64,000 nt of DNA from Oceanispirochaeta sp. (GTDB taxonomy: Bacteria > Spirochaetota > Spirochaetia > DSM-2461): contig CAXXXD010000004.1 in the NCBI GenBank assembly GCA_963663385.2, positions 1,056,001 through 1,120,000 on the forward strand, written 5' to 3'. The notes under the pieces are model-generated. The model searched no databases. It was not told the DNA's origin and was given only the letters and a program-made list of their open reading frames with translations. This document shows positions 29,872 through 39,800 of this stretch, in pieces (positions within the stretch are counted from its first letter, which is position 1; each line of letters opens with the position of its first letter). A program made the position numbers and the translations under genes.

Positions 29872-30084
29872 TGTAATATTTCCTTTCCCTTATTCTATCT
29901 GGAAATCAACTCCACGGCTTCTTTTACAAGTGCCGTTATTCTGTTCCAGTTGCCTTCCTCAATATCGGCTGCTTTTCCAACCCATGTCCCTCCGGCACAG
30001 AGGATCTGGGGAATAGCCAGATACTCTTTCAGGTTTCCGGTGTTCACTCCGCCTGTGGGCATAATATTAATCTCCAGGTGTTTG
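28774..30084. repeat. Direct repeat, copy B (kdgK plus 3' part of eda)
   Basis: Near-identical to 21010-22320. Confidence 0.95.
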
Positions 30085-30551
30085 TAAGGGGCGATAATAT
30101 TGGAAAGCATTTTTGTTCCTCCCATTGCCTCGGCAGGGAAGAACTTCACCATTTTGATGTCGAACTGCATTATCTGCTCCAGCTCCGAGGGGGTGCAGAA
30201 TCCCGGAAAAAAAGGATACTCCGATTTTACCGCTTCCTCAACAATAACAGGATTAAATCCCGGAGCTACCGCAAAACTGGCTCCTGCCTCAAAGGCCCGA
30301 TGGAGATCCCGGCTGTTTAGCACTGTTCCGGCTCCCAGTAGAAGGTCGGGAAACTGCCGGGCCGCCTCCTTAATGATTCCTTCGGCTGCTTTTGTTCGAA
30401 AGGTAATTTCCGCAGCCATCAAGCCGCTCTCGTTCAGAATCTCACACATCTTTATCCCGTCTTTGACGTCCTCTATTGCCAGAACGGGTATGACTTTAAC
30501 TTTTCCAAGTCTGTCTACAATTTTATCACACTTCTGTTTATATGAATCCAT
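29895..30551 (-). CDS. eda: KDPG/KHG aldolase, copy 2
   Basis: Same motifs as copy 1; start set to MDSYKQ behind the GAGGAG RBS. Confidence 0.92.
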   Translation of the reverse strand: MDSYKQKCDKIVDRLGKVKVIPVLAIEDVKDGIKMCEILNESGLMAAEITFRTKAAEGIIKEAARQFPDLLLGAGTVLNSRDLHRAFEAGASFAVAPGFNPVIVEEAVKSEYPFFPGFCTPSELEQIMQFDIKMVKFFPAEAMGGTKMLSNIIAPYKHLEINIMPTGGVNTGNLKEYLAIPQILCAGGTWVGKAADIEEGNWNRITALVKEAVELISR

Positions 30552-30570
30552 TTCATTTCTCCTCAGATGT

Positions 30571-31968
30571 CTACCTGAACCCGAAATAGTTATTGGCGTT
30601 ATTAAAACAGATATTTTCCACCATGGTACCAACCAGGTTGAAATCCATAGGTATCAGGCCTTTTTCCATGTCCCTACCCAGAACATTACAGAGGATTCTT
30701 CTGAAGTACTCATGCCTTGTATAGGAGAGGAAAGACCGGCTGTCTGTCAGCATTCCCACAAAACGGCTGAAAAGACCCAGCTGGGAAAGGGATTCCATCA
30801 TACGTTCCATACCGTCTTTCTGATCCAGAAACCACCAGCCTGAACCCATCTGGATTTTACCGGCAACGCTGCCGTCCTGGAAATTCCCCAGCATGGTGGC
30901 GATCACTTCGTTATCCCGTGGATTCAGGTTGTAGATAATGGTCTTGGGAAGTTTGTTCTCCCTGTCCAGCATATCCATATACGCTGCCAGAGGACGGGCA
31001 AAGTTCTGATCGTCTATAGAGTCATATCCCGTATCAGGACCGAGCTGTGCAAAAAAACGGGAGTTGTTGTTTCTCAGAGCTCCGATATGGAGTTGTTTGG
31101 TCCATCCCTTTTCTGCATCCATCCGGCCGAATTCCAGCATCATGGCGGTTTTAAACTGATCCGCTTCTTTCGGTGAAACATCGCCGCCGGAACGGGCTTT
31201 GTTAAAAATGGATGTGATTTCCGTATCTGTATAATCAGAGGCATAGACCGTATCCAGTCCATGGTCAGAGAGACGGCATCCCGCATCATGGAAATACTGA
31301 TGCCGCAGCCGAAGAGCTTCGATCAGATCGGTGTAGGAACTGATGTTTTTATCTGCCGCAACGGCCAGCTCATCAATGTAGGCGTTCCAGAAATCCTTGT
31401 CGATGGCCATGGATTTATCAGGTCTCCAGGCCGGCAGGATCTGAACTTCAAACCCCTCTTCTTTCAGGGCTTTATGATGCTCCAGGGAGTCAACGGGATC
31501 ATCGGTGGTACAGGATGTGACAACATTGCTCCGGATCATCAGTTCCCGTGCGGAAAGTCCGCTTTTGAGGACCTCCGAGGTTCTGTTCCAGATCTCTTCC
31601 GCTGTTTCACCAGAGAGGAGAGTATCATCCACATTAAAATATCGGGCCAGTTCCAGATGGCTCCAGTGGTACATGGGATTCCGGAGAAGGAAGGGCATGG
31701 TTTCGGCAAATTTCTGAAACTTTTCCCGGTCCGGCTTATTTCCTGTACAGAACTCTTCACTTATCCCATTGCTTCGCATGGTGCGCCATTTGTAATGGTC
31801 CCCATAGAGCCATACCTGGGTAATATTCTCCCAGGAGATATCATCCCGGATTTCCTTTGGATTCAGATGACAGTGATAATCAATAATCGGCTGATGTTCT
31901 GCATAGTCGTGATAGAGCCTTTTGGCAAAAGTATTGTCCAGTAGAAAATCATCATGTATGAATTTCAT
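30571..31968 (-). CDS. uxaC: Uronate isomerase
   Basis: PIIDYHCH, GDHYKWR, CTTDDP, GSGWWF, GMLTDSRSFLSY. Confidence 0.95.
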   Translation of the reverse strand: MKFIHDDFLLDNTFAKRLYHDYAEHQPIIDYHCHLNPKEIRDDISWENITQVWLYGDHYKWRTMRSNGISEEFCTGNKPDREKFQKFAETMPFLLRNPMYHWSHLELARYFNVDDTLLSGETAEEIWNRTSEVLKSGLSARELMIRSNVVTSCTTDDPVDSLEHHKALKEEGFEVQILPAWRPDKSMAIDKDFWNAYIDELAVAADKNISSYTDLIEALRLRHQYFHDAGCRLSDHGLDTVYASDYTDTEITSIFNKARSGGDVSPKEADQFKTAMMLEFGRMDAEKGWTKQLHIGALRNNNSRFFAQLGPDTGYDSIDDQNFARPLAAYMDMLDRENKLPKTIIYNLNPRDNEVIATMLGNFQDGSVAGKIQMGSGWWFLDQKDGMERMMESLSQLGLFSRFVGMLTDSRSFLSYTRHEYFRRILCNVLGRDMEKGLIPMDFNLVGTMVENICFNNANNYFGFR

Positions 31969-31988
31969 ATATTTATCTCTCCCCGTAT

Positions 31989-33494
31989 TTATAAAGTGAC
32001 ACCATCTTTAAAAATGGCGATTTCCCGTATCCCGCTTTTTTCGGCAGCCGTTTCTTCTCCGTTTATAACCCTCAGTATTTTATCCAGCAGGATTTCACCA
32101 GCTTCTGCCATATTTGAAGAGCCGTCTTCAATAATTCCTGCATTAAAGTCGATCCACTTCTTCTTATGTTCCGCCAGAGCCGTATTGCTGGCTATCTTAA
32201 GAGTGGGAATAAACCCACCCAGAGGGGTCCCCCTTCCGGTTGAAAAAAGGACAAGCTGGCATCCTGCTGTTCCTAGGGCTGTGGTCGCAACAATATCGTT
32301 CCCGGGAGCATACAGGAGGTTGAGTCCTTTCTTTTTGATCATTCCGTCCATTTTGACAACATCCACAATCTCTGATTTTCCGGATTTTCTGATGCATCCC
32401 AGAGATTTATCTTCCAACGTGGTAATCCCTCCGGCTTTGTTGCCCGGAGAAGGATTCTCATATACAGGCTGATTATTGTCCCTGTAGTAACCCTTATAGG
32501 TCTCTATCATATCTTTCGTCATTTCAAAGATCGACTCATCGGCGCACTGTTTCATCAGAACATTTTCCGCTCCGAACATTTCCGGGACTTCAGTCAGAAC
32601 GGCCGATCCCCCGGATTTAATTATCCTGTCAGAAACAGATCCGATCAGAGGATTGGCGGTTATACCGGAAAAGGCATCCGAACCGCCGCATTCCAGGCCG
32701 ATTATAAGATCGGCCCAGGATCCGTCTGTTCTTACATCTTTTGATGCCGCTTCCAGCAGCTCTTCCAGGAAGGCAATTCCGGCTTCTATTTCATCCGCCT
32801 CTTCCTGGGCTTCCAGGTATCTGATCCTTGCGGGATCAGGCTCTTCCGGCATAGTCTCCCGAAAGGCTTTTATCTGGTTGTTTTCACAGCCCAGTCCAAG
32901 AATCAGAACTCCTCCCGCATTGGGGTGAAGGGCTATATTCTGCAGTAGATTCCGGGTCCTTTCATGGTCTTCTCCAAGTTGAGAACAGCCGTAGGGATGT
33001 GTGAAACAGTAAACCCCGTCAACACCGGATAGTCCTTCTTCTCCCTTCTTCATCAGGAATCTCTGGAGAATCTGCTGCGCTGTTCCGTTGACACAGCCAA
33101 CAGTTGGAAGAATCCATAGTTCATTGCGAATCCCGGCTTTCCCGTTTTTCCGTTTAAATAATCGGGGAACTGTAGAAAGGGGAATGATATCAGAGCTGTT
33201 TTCCGACGGTTCGTATCTATATTCAGACTGCTCTGACAGACCGGTTTTTATATTATGAATATGGACATGATCTCCCACAGGGATATCTTTGAGAGCATAG
33301 CCGATTACTGCACCATATTTCAGGACAGCTTCGCCCTTACCAATCTTTTCTACGGCAACTTTATGCCCTTTGGGAATATCTTTCAAAACCTGGATTTCAC
33401 TCTGATGGGCATCTACGGTCATCCCGGGTTTCAGGTCGGAAAAGGTTATTCCCACATTATCTTTTTCATCAAGGAAAAACAGGGAGGGGTTCAA
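31989..33494 (-). CDS. uxaA: Altronate dehydratase
   Basis: SAF domain (GHKVA, HVHIHN), HPYGCSQ, GLGCE, CGGSD, PSPGNKAGG. Confidence 0.92.
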   Translation of the reverse strand: MNPSLFFLDEKDNVGITFSDLKPGMTVDAHQSEIQVLKDIPKGHKVAVEKIGKGEAVLKYGAVIGYALKDIPVGDHVHIHNIKTGLSEQSEYRYEPSENSSDIIPLSTVPRLFKRKNGKAGIRNELWILPTVGCVNGTAQQILQRFLMKKGEEGLSGVDGVYCFTHPYGCSQLGEDHERTRNLLQNIALHPNAGGVLILGLGCENNQIKAFRETMPEEPDPARIRYLEAQEEADEIEAGIAFLEELLEAASKDVRTDGSWADLIIGLECGGSDAFSGITANPLIGSVSDRIIKSGGSAVLTEVPEMFGAENVLMKQCADESIFEMTKDMIETYKGYYRDNNQPVYENPSPGNKAGGITTLEDKSLGCIRKSGKSEIVDVVKMDGMIKKKGLNLLYAPGNDIVATTALGTAGCQLVLFSTGRGTPLGGFIPTLKIASNTALAEHKKKWIDFNAGIIEDGSSNMAEAGEILLDKILRVINGEETAAEKSGIREIAIFKDGVTL

Positions 33495-34972
33495 AGGTAC
33501 TCCTCCAGTGTATTTTTCATGCCATTTGTCACAATCTTCATAATATATTCCGCCACTTTCTCATGGAGTCCATCAAGGCTTTTAAGAGAGACTCCCCAGT
33601 GATCATCCAGAGAGAGAATCCTGTCTGCAATGGCCATGGCATCGTCCAGGGATTCAGGGGCTTTCTTCCAGAGTTCTTTATAGAGCTCCAGAAATTCCTT
33701 ATCGTCCTTAACCGGATACTCTTTGCCGTCCAGAGTTCCTCTGTAGAAACAGATCAGGGCGGCCAGAGAGAGAGACATCAGCGGTGGAACCGTAGAATTT
33801 GTTTTATAATACCCCAGGAACTGAGGCAGTAGACGGGTTTTGAACTTGGTCATGGAATTCAGAGAGATGGAAAGCAATTGATGATTAATAAAGGGATTTC
33901 GGAAACGGTTTAAAACGGTTTCCGCATAATCTTTCAGATAGTCTTCAGGCATCCCCAGGTTGGGAATAATCTCATTGTCCAGCAGATTCTGGACAAATAG
34001 GGCGATATTATTATTTTCTACCGCATCTTTAACAAGCTCGATCCCGCACAGATAGGCTACCGGAACCAGAGCCGTATGACAGCCGTTCAGAATCCCGACT
34101 TTTCTCTGTTTGTAAGGTTTCAGATCTTCCACCAGTTTTATGTTCAGTCCGCTGTTTTCCAGATGAAGCTCTTCCGCTACAAATTGGGGCCCCTGGATGA
34201 CAAACAGATGAAAGTACTCTCCTGTTGTAATAAAGCTGTCCTTATATCCCAGTTCCTTTACCAGTTCTTCCACTTCATCTCCGGGATAACCCGTTACAAT
34301 TCGGTCCACAAGGGTTGAACAGAAAGTATTGTCCTTTTTGATCCAGGAGATGAAATCCTGTCCCAGGTTCCAGAGGTGCGCATATTTCAGGACAATTTCT
34401 TTAAGGGCCTCTCCGTTATAATCAATCAGCTCACAGGGAATCAGAATAAAACCGGAATCTGAGGCACCGTTGAATTCCTTATATCGTTCATGGAGGAAAC
34501 GGGTCAGTTTCCCGGGATAGGAAGAGGGGGGACGATCGTCATAATTATCTTCCGGATTATAGGCAATACCTGCTTCAGTCGTATTGGATACGATAAACCG
34601 CAATTGAGGATTTTCCGCCAGCGACAGGAACTGATCATATTCTTTATAGACGGGAATTTCCCGGTCGATGCAGGAAATCAGGCGTTTCTCGTTTTTCAGT
34701 TTTCCCTTATTATCATAGCCCCGTATGATGGAGGTATAAATACCATCCTGTGTATCCAGTAGAGGAGGGAAGTCTGTATCTATGGGGCGTACCACTACAA
34801 CACCGGCATCCAGGCCTTTTTGTTCATTAAGAATATCCACCTGCCAGTCAATGAAACAGCGCAGAAAATTCCCTTCTCCAAACTGAAGGATTTTTAGCGG
34901 TCGTTTCTGTTTTATGCAGCCGTTTCGGGCGGCTACAGATTTATTTAATGCTGTATCTTCTGTATTGCTCAT
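33491..34972 (-). CDS. uxaB: Altronate oxidoreductase (tagaturonate reductase)
   Basis: QFGEGNFLR, SNTTEAGI, PCELI, TLVDRIV, RFRNPFI. Confidence 0.93.
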   Translation of the reverse strand: MSNTEDTALNKSVAARNGCIKQKRPLKILQFGEGNFLRCFIDWQVDILNEQKGLDAGVVVVRPIDTDFPPLLDTQDGIYTSIIRGYDNKGKLKNEKRLISCIDREIPVYKEYDQFLSLAENPQLRFIVSNTTEAGIAYNPEDNYDDRPPSSYPGKLTRFLHERYKEFNGASDSGFILIPCELIDYNGEALKEIVLKYAHLWNLGQDFISWIKKDNTFCSTLVDRIVTGYPGDEVEELVKELGYKDSFITTGEYFHLFVIQGPQFVAEELHLENSGLNIKLVEDLKPYKQRKVGILNGCHTALVPVAYLCGIELVKDAVENNNIALFVQNLLDNEIIPNLGMPEDYLKDYAETVLNRFRNPFINHQLLSISLNSMTKFKTRLLPQFLGYYKTNSTVPPLMSLSLAALICFYRGTLDGKEYPVKDDKEFLELYKELWKKAPESLDDAMAIADRILSLDDHWGVSLKSLDGLHEKVAEYIMKIVTNGMKNTLEEYL

Positions 34973-35015
34973 TATTATCTCCTGATAATTGTTTTTGTAT
35001 CTGATAAAAGGAGTC

Positions 35016-35756
35016 TTACTCCCTCTGGTCTTCTGGGAAAACCCGTTTTAATGCCCAGTTTCTGTGCTGAACCATCGCTTCTTCAGCCAGATCGGGATCA
35101 CCCTGCCGGATAGCTTCCATGATTCTTATATGTTCCAGGGGAATTCTGGAGAAATCTTTATCCTTCTGTTTCAGATGAGGCTGATCCTGCATAACGATTC
35201 GCGGAGTCAACTGGCTGAACAGGGATACCAGGACATGGTTCCCTGTAGCATGAGCTATGGCCAGGTGAAAGAGGTAGTCTTCCTCCAGATAATCTTCTTT
35301 GCCGTAGAAGCGGGCCAGAAACTCCTCCTGCCTGGTTTCAATCAGATCCAGATCCGTTTCTGTGCGTCTCTCGGCGGCCAGTCTGGCACACTGAACATCC
35401 AGAATAAACCTGGCTTCCATCAAGTCTGCCATCTTCTGGTTTCGGCTGACAGGTATGGACTGCATCAGCTGCTCCACTGTACCGGCATGCATATTGGCAA
35501 TACGGGTGCCGCTTTGAGGGGAGATCTCAACAAGACCATAGAAGTCCAGTTTCTGCAGAGCTTTTCGGATCGTTCCCCTTGTGGTTTCCATTTTTTCCGC
35601 CAGGGCTCTTTCCGATGGGAGCCTGGCTCCGGGCTGTAGCTGTCCGGAGACCACTAATTCCCTGATTCTTGTGAGAATGAAATCTTCCGGTTCACGGTCA
35701 TTGCCGCTATTTTCAAAAAGTTCAATGGATATGACTGATTTATTATCCGGTTCCAT
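35016..35756 (-). CDS. FadR/GntR-family regulator (likely hexuronate repressor)
   Basis: PGARLPSER wHTH plus FCD; lies directly upstream of uxaB. Confidence 0.88.
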   Translation of the reverse strand: MEPDNKSVISIELFENSGNDREPEDFILTRIRELVVSGQLQPGARLPSERALAEKMETTRGTIRKALQKLDFYGLVEISPQSGTRIANMHAGTVEQLMQSIPVSRNQKMADLMEARFILDVQCARLAAERRTETDLDLIETRQEEFLARFYGKEDYLEEDYLFHLAIAHATGNHVLVSLFSQLTPRIVMQDQPHLKQKDKDFSRIPLEHIRIMEAIRQGDPDLAEEAMVQHRNWALKRVFPEDQRE

Positions 35757-35787
35757 GTAAATCCCCTTGTCTTCTTATTTTAAATTT

Positions 35788-36314
35788 TTATTTACAGGAT
35801 TTGCATTGTCCTTCCATAGTCATTTGCTGTGCATAATTCCAGAAATCATCGGCCAGAGTGCTGTCCCCGAGCCCGTTTCCCGGGAGAATGAAGGCCCGGG
35901 ACCGGGTTATATAAAGGTAAAAATACTCCTTATACCTGAAAACCCGGTGGACGAAGCTCCATTCAAACTGTTGCTGTTCATTCCGGTTTGATACTTCGAT
36001 CTTTTCTTTCTCAAAGCGGGTAGTGTAAATCAGATGCCTTTCGGCGAGTTTATTTTTTTTATCTGATTCCGGAGGCTGATCCTGTAGGAGAGTATATACA
36101 ATCCGGGAGTCACCAGAGCCAGTACAAGGAATAAGCGGAACAGAAAAGGACTCCCCGTTACCAGATTCAAGACACCCAATCCTGACATAACCAGAGGAAA
36201 CAGCATGAGACTGATCCACCGGCCATGGAGCAGAAAACTGTTAAAGAAGGCGAAGTCTCTGAATGTTTTAACATCCACATATGTATCAAACTGATATATT
36301 CTGCTTTGCCCCAT
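35788..36314 (-). pseudogene. YcxB-like membrane protein split by a frameshift in an A8 tract
   Basis: A two-TM N-half (MGQSRIY...NQIKK) and a YcxB-like C-half (FEWS...KEYFYLY...AFILP) join if one A is added at 36053-36060. Confidence 0.7.
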
Positions 36315-36339
36315 CTTATATCCTTTTTCTATCCTGGAT

Positions 36340-36389
36340 TGGTTGACCACATATTTAATTTATACAACTGGTTAACCAGTTGTGTCAAT
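36340..36389 (-). promoter_or_regulatory. Sigma70-type promoter with FadR-type operators
   Basis: Minus strand TTGACA-N18-TATAAA; the perfect 20-bp palindrome ACAACTGGTTAACCAGTTGT (36364-36383) spans the spacer; a second site TGGTTGACCA lies at about 36340-36349. Confidence 0.75.
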
Positions 36390-36477
36390 GAATTCCCTGA
36401 TTATTTAACAGATTCCTTCAGGGGATATACGAAAAAAATACTCATACTGTAGCTTTTTATGGTACTATACAGCGGTT

Positions 36478-38388
36478 ATGCCCCTTTTTGAAATCTTCGG
36501 AAACATTATTATACCGGTTCTATCCGGGATTTTTCTCTTTACCTACTTTCTCTATTTTGCGCTTATTGAGGAATCAAAAACCAGTTCGATCCGATACTTT
36601 ACAGTATTTCTCATTTCTTTCTGTGTTTTTCTGTTCGGGCGGCCTGTTCAGATACTTTCAGGGGGGCATCCTTCGCCCCTGATTATCAATAATATCCGTT
36701 CTTTCGTTCTCAGTTCTGTTACCATCCCTATGGTGATCCTTGCAGATTTCTCCCGTCCGGAAAAAGACCGGAGAGACCGGTTTTGGCCTTTGATTATAAT
36801 GGGAGTTCTGGTTGGTGTTGTTTATACAGTATTCAATACTCTGACTACCACCGGAGCGGAAGTTATTTTTACCATAGGAAGCTTTAATGTATACGATTCG
36901 ATAACTCCCAGCCATACAGGACCCTTCTACGGAAGAGAGGTTACCATTGCAATTTATCTTGTTCTGGCCATTATCCTCTTTCTGGATTCCCTGAGTAAAA
37001 TACAACGGGCGAGACACTACAAGGGGATAGGAGAGTTATTCAGAAAGAGGATCTATCTTTATAACACTGGGAAAATGATCTTTGCGTTTACATTTTTCTG
37101 TGGTGCACTGATTCATATGTGGTGGATCTATTATGTAGGCTCCCTGATAGGAGTCTCCTTTCTGGGTTACGGAGTTGCCCTCGATATCAGGGAAAACCGG
37201 AAAAGGATGCAGAAAGTTATTGCCTATATCAGAGAAGATCTGATTCAGGATCTGTCACTGGATGTTCAGATGCATCAACAGGTATCGGATATGCTGAAAC
37301 TGTTGCATATTCCCGAAGACATCAACACCTTTGTTGTGCTTAAAGAAAATCTACATGGAAGGGGTAAAACCAGCAGCAATAATCTGAATGACTCTCTGTT
37401 CAGGGAAGCTGGAAATATTCTGGATAAAATCCTCGGCAGGAATCATTACATACTGATGCCAATGGGCACAGATATGTTCGGGCTCTGTCTTCCTGTTGCT
37501 TCGGAGACAGAGATCTGCCGCAGTACTACAATCAGGGTATGTGAAACACTGAAAAATTCACTGGCTGCCCTTCAGAATTATGATTTTGGCATCGGCCGAT
37601 CCTATAAAGGACTGGAAGACCTTAAAAGCTCCTACCATGAAGCCGTAACGGCTGTGGAATATGCCAACCGGATAGAGGGGGGGCAGGTTATTCATATCAC
37701 GGATATTCAGGATGAAGAACCCCGGAGAGAGTATCCCCTGAAAGAGAAGAGTGCTTTTCTTGCGGCTATCCGTATGGGAGAAAGTGCGAAAGCGCAGGAA
37801 CAGCTTCAGCGTTTAACGGGGCTGCTTTTCAGCTATGGCAGTGAAACTGACAATCTACAGAAAGTCCGTACATATGAGCTTCTGGGCACCATGGTTGAAT
37901 CCGCAATTGCCGGGGGAGGAGATGTGGATGAGCTGCTTGAGATCAGTGAAAAACTGTTTTCTGAATCAGCTATAATCCGTAGTCAGGGGCAGCTGCTGGA
38001 GTGGCTTAAATCCCGTACCGATGAGATCATCCTGATTGTATCCCGTTCTCATTCAAATCGGTATAAAAATCTGGTGATCAGGGCAAAAGAGTATATAAAT
38101 GAGCATTATGCGGAAGCTATCACCGTGCGGGATGTCGCGGATGCCGTCTGTATCAGCGAATCCTATTTTAAAACAATTTTCAAAAAAAGCAGCGGATACT
38201 CCTATTCGGAATATTTAACCATAGTCAGAATGAATCAGGCAAAGAATCTTCTAAATAAAACTGAAAAATCCGTAACCGAGATAGCCCTTGATGTGGGGTA
38301 TCAGACCCCGAACTCCTTCAGTTCCCTTTTTAAAAGAGAAACCGGATTGACTCCCACGCAGTTCAAGAACAGCAGTAAAAAAAACTGA
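36478..38388 (+). CDS. AraC-family regulator with N-terminal multi-TM sensor domain
   Basis: About 7 TM segments, CdaR-like middle region (GIGRSY..L..SY.EA), C-terminal AraC HTH (IALDVGY..FSSLFKRETGLTP). Confidence 0.85.
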   Translation: MPLFEIFGNIIIPVLSGIFLFTYFLYFALIEESKTSSIRYFTVFLISFCVFLFGRPVQILSGGHPSPLIINNIRSFVLSSVTIPMVILADFSRPEKDRRDRFWPLIIMGVLVGVVYTVFNTLTTTGAEVIFTIGSFNVYDSITPSHTGPFYGREVTIAIYLVLAIILFLDSLSKIQRARHYKGIGELFRKRIYLYNTGKMIFAFTFFCGALIHMWWIYYVGSLIGVSFLGYGVALDIRENRKRMQKVIAYIREDLIQDLSLDVQMHQQVSDMLKLLHIPEDINTFVVLKENLHGRGKTSSNNLNDSLFREAGNILDKILGRNHYILMPMGTDMFGLCLPVASETEICRSTTIRVCETLKNSLAALQNYDFGIGRSYKGLEDLKSSYHEAVTAVEYANRIEGGQVIHITDIQDEEPRREYPLKEKSAFLAAIRMGESAKAQEQLQRLTGLLFSYGSETDNLQKVRTYELLGTMVESAIAGGGDVDELLEISEKLFSESAIIRSQGQLLEWLKSRTDEIILIVSRSHSNRYKNLVIRAKEYINEHYAEAITVRDVADAVCISESYFKTIFKKSSGYSYSEYLTIVRMNQAKNLLNKTEKSVTEIALDVGYQTPNSFSSLFKRETGLTPTQFKNSSKKN

Positions 38389-38565
38389 TTTTTTCCCTGT
38401 TTTATACAATTTAATAGTTAGAAAGTACAATCGAATAGTCATAAAGTACAAATTCAGAGAAAGTCAAAATCTTCCATAGAGCGGTATTACGATTCCCGTC
38501 ATAGCATTTAACAGTCATTTGATAATTACTTATCGAGTGATGTAAATACCAAATGGAGGATTCTT

Positions 38566-39591
38566 GTGAAAAAAAGAATTGTTTTACTTTCTGCTGTATT
38601 AATGATGGTCTCTGCCATGGCATGGTCTAATGGTCAGAGTGAAGGTGATGCTGCCGGGGATGGTGAAAAAAAAAGCTACACTTTCAAATTTGCTGAACTC
38701 AACCCCAAAGGCCATATTATGGAACAGGTGGATTCCAGGTTCGCAGAGCTGGTTTATGAAAAATCAGATGGTCGTATTAAAATTGAGGTTTTCCCTGCTG
38801 GTCAGTTAGGTGATGAAAAAACCATGTATCAGTCCCTTCAAATGGGTGGTGGCGCTATCGATATGTGCCGTGGCAACACCAACTCGCTGGGTGATTTCGG
38901 TGTAAAAAAACTAACCCTTTTCGGTCTTCCCTTTATTTTCAGGGACAGAGAACATTTATGGAATGTTCTGAACAGTGAAATCGGAAAAGAGTTCCTGAGA
39001 GAACCTCAGGAAACCGGTACCGGTATGGTTGGTTTGTTCTACCTGGATGAAGGTGCCCGTCATATTTTTACCAAACCCGGTATTGAGATACATAATGTAA
39101 ATGATCTGAAAGGACTGAAACTCAGAGTCCCCACGACCCAGTTGATGTCTGAAACTTTCCAGGCCCTAGGCGTACAGCCTACCCCCATCAGTTTCGGTGA
39201 ACTGTATTCCGCTCTTCAGGCCGGTACCGTTGATGGTGCTGAACAGCCTTACTCCGGTTATTTTTCCAACAACTTCTTTGAAGTGGCTCCCAACTACACC
39301 CTCTCGGGACATACATACAGTCCCTCTATCGTTCTTATGAGTGAAGCGGTATTCAACAAACTGGATGCCGAGGATCAGGCTATTATCATGGAAGCCGGAA
39401 AAGAGGCTGAACAGTATAACCTTTCTTCTATCGAAAAGCTTGACGGCGAATTGATTGAAAAGATCAAAGCCGCCGGTGCCGGTGTCAGTGAAGTTTCTGA
39501 TAAGGTAGCTTATGTTGATCTGGCCAAGCCTGTTGTTATGAAATACATCGAAGGCCTGGAAAGCTATTACGAAGCAATCCTCTCCAAGTAA
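38566..39591 (+). CDS. dctP: TRAP substrate-binding protein
   Basis: Signal peptide, QLGDEK, GLKLRVP, ALQAGTVDGAEQP. Confidence 0.92.
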   Translation: MKKRIVLLSAVLMMVSAMAWSNGQSEGDAAGDGEKKSYTFKFAELNPKGHIMEQVDSRFAELVYEKSDGRIKIEVFPAGQLGDEKTMYQSLQMGGGAIDMCRGNTNSLGDFGVKKLTLFGLPFIFRDREHLWNVLNSEIGKEFLREPQETGTGMVGLFYLDEGARHIFTKPGIEIHNVNDLKGLKLRVPTTQLMSETFQALGVQPTPISFGELYSALQAGTVDGAEQPYSGYFSNNFFEVAPNYTLSGHTYSPSIVLMSEAVFNKLDAEDQAIIMEAGKEAEQYNLSSIEKLDGELIEKIKAAGAGVSEVSDKVAYVDLAKPVVMKYIEGLESYYEAILSK

Positions 39592-39599
39592 TTGAAAAA

Positions 39600-39625
39600 G
39601 CATACCTCCCATAGGGGAGGTATGC
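39600..39625 (+). terminator. Stem-loop after dctP (terminator or mRNA stabiliser)
   Basis: GCATACCTCCC-ATAG-GGGAGGTATGC; weak U tail on +. Confidence 0.6.
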
Positions 39626-39645
39626 CGTTCCCTGATTGACTATCC

Positions 39646-39718
39646 CCTGACTCCTCTCGGTCTCCCCGAGGGGGAGAGGTTAATTCTCCCCTCCTTCGGA
39701 GGGCGGGGGGAGGCCAGC
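39646..39718. repeat. REP-doublet-like GC-rich inverted repeat
   Basis: Two short hairpin-forming arms (TCTCCCCGAGGGGGAGA and CCCTCC-TTC-GGAGGG) in inverted arrangement. Confidence 0.5.
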
Positions 39719-39800
39719 CTGAAAAGGTTCGATTATGGAAAGGCCTTAAGGGAATCTATATCTATTCTGAGAGAGGATTCAGTGGGAGAGAGGAGTTCAA

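Noticed and set aside
21010..30551. Composite transposon or prophage
   Set aside because: The flanking repeats are metabolic genes; no transposase, terminal inverted repeats or phage genes.
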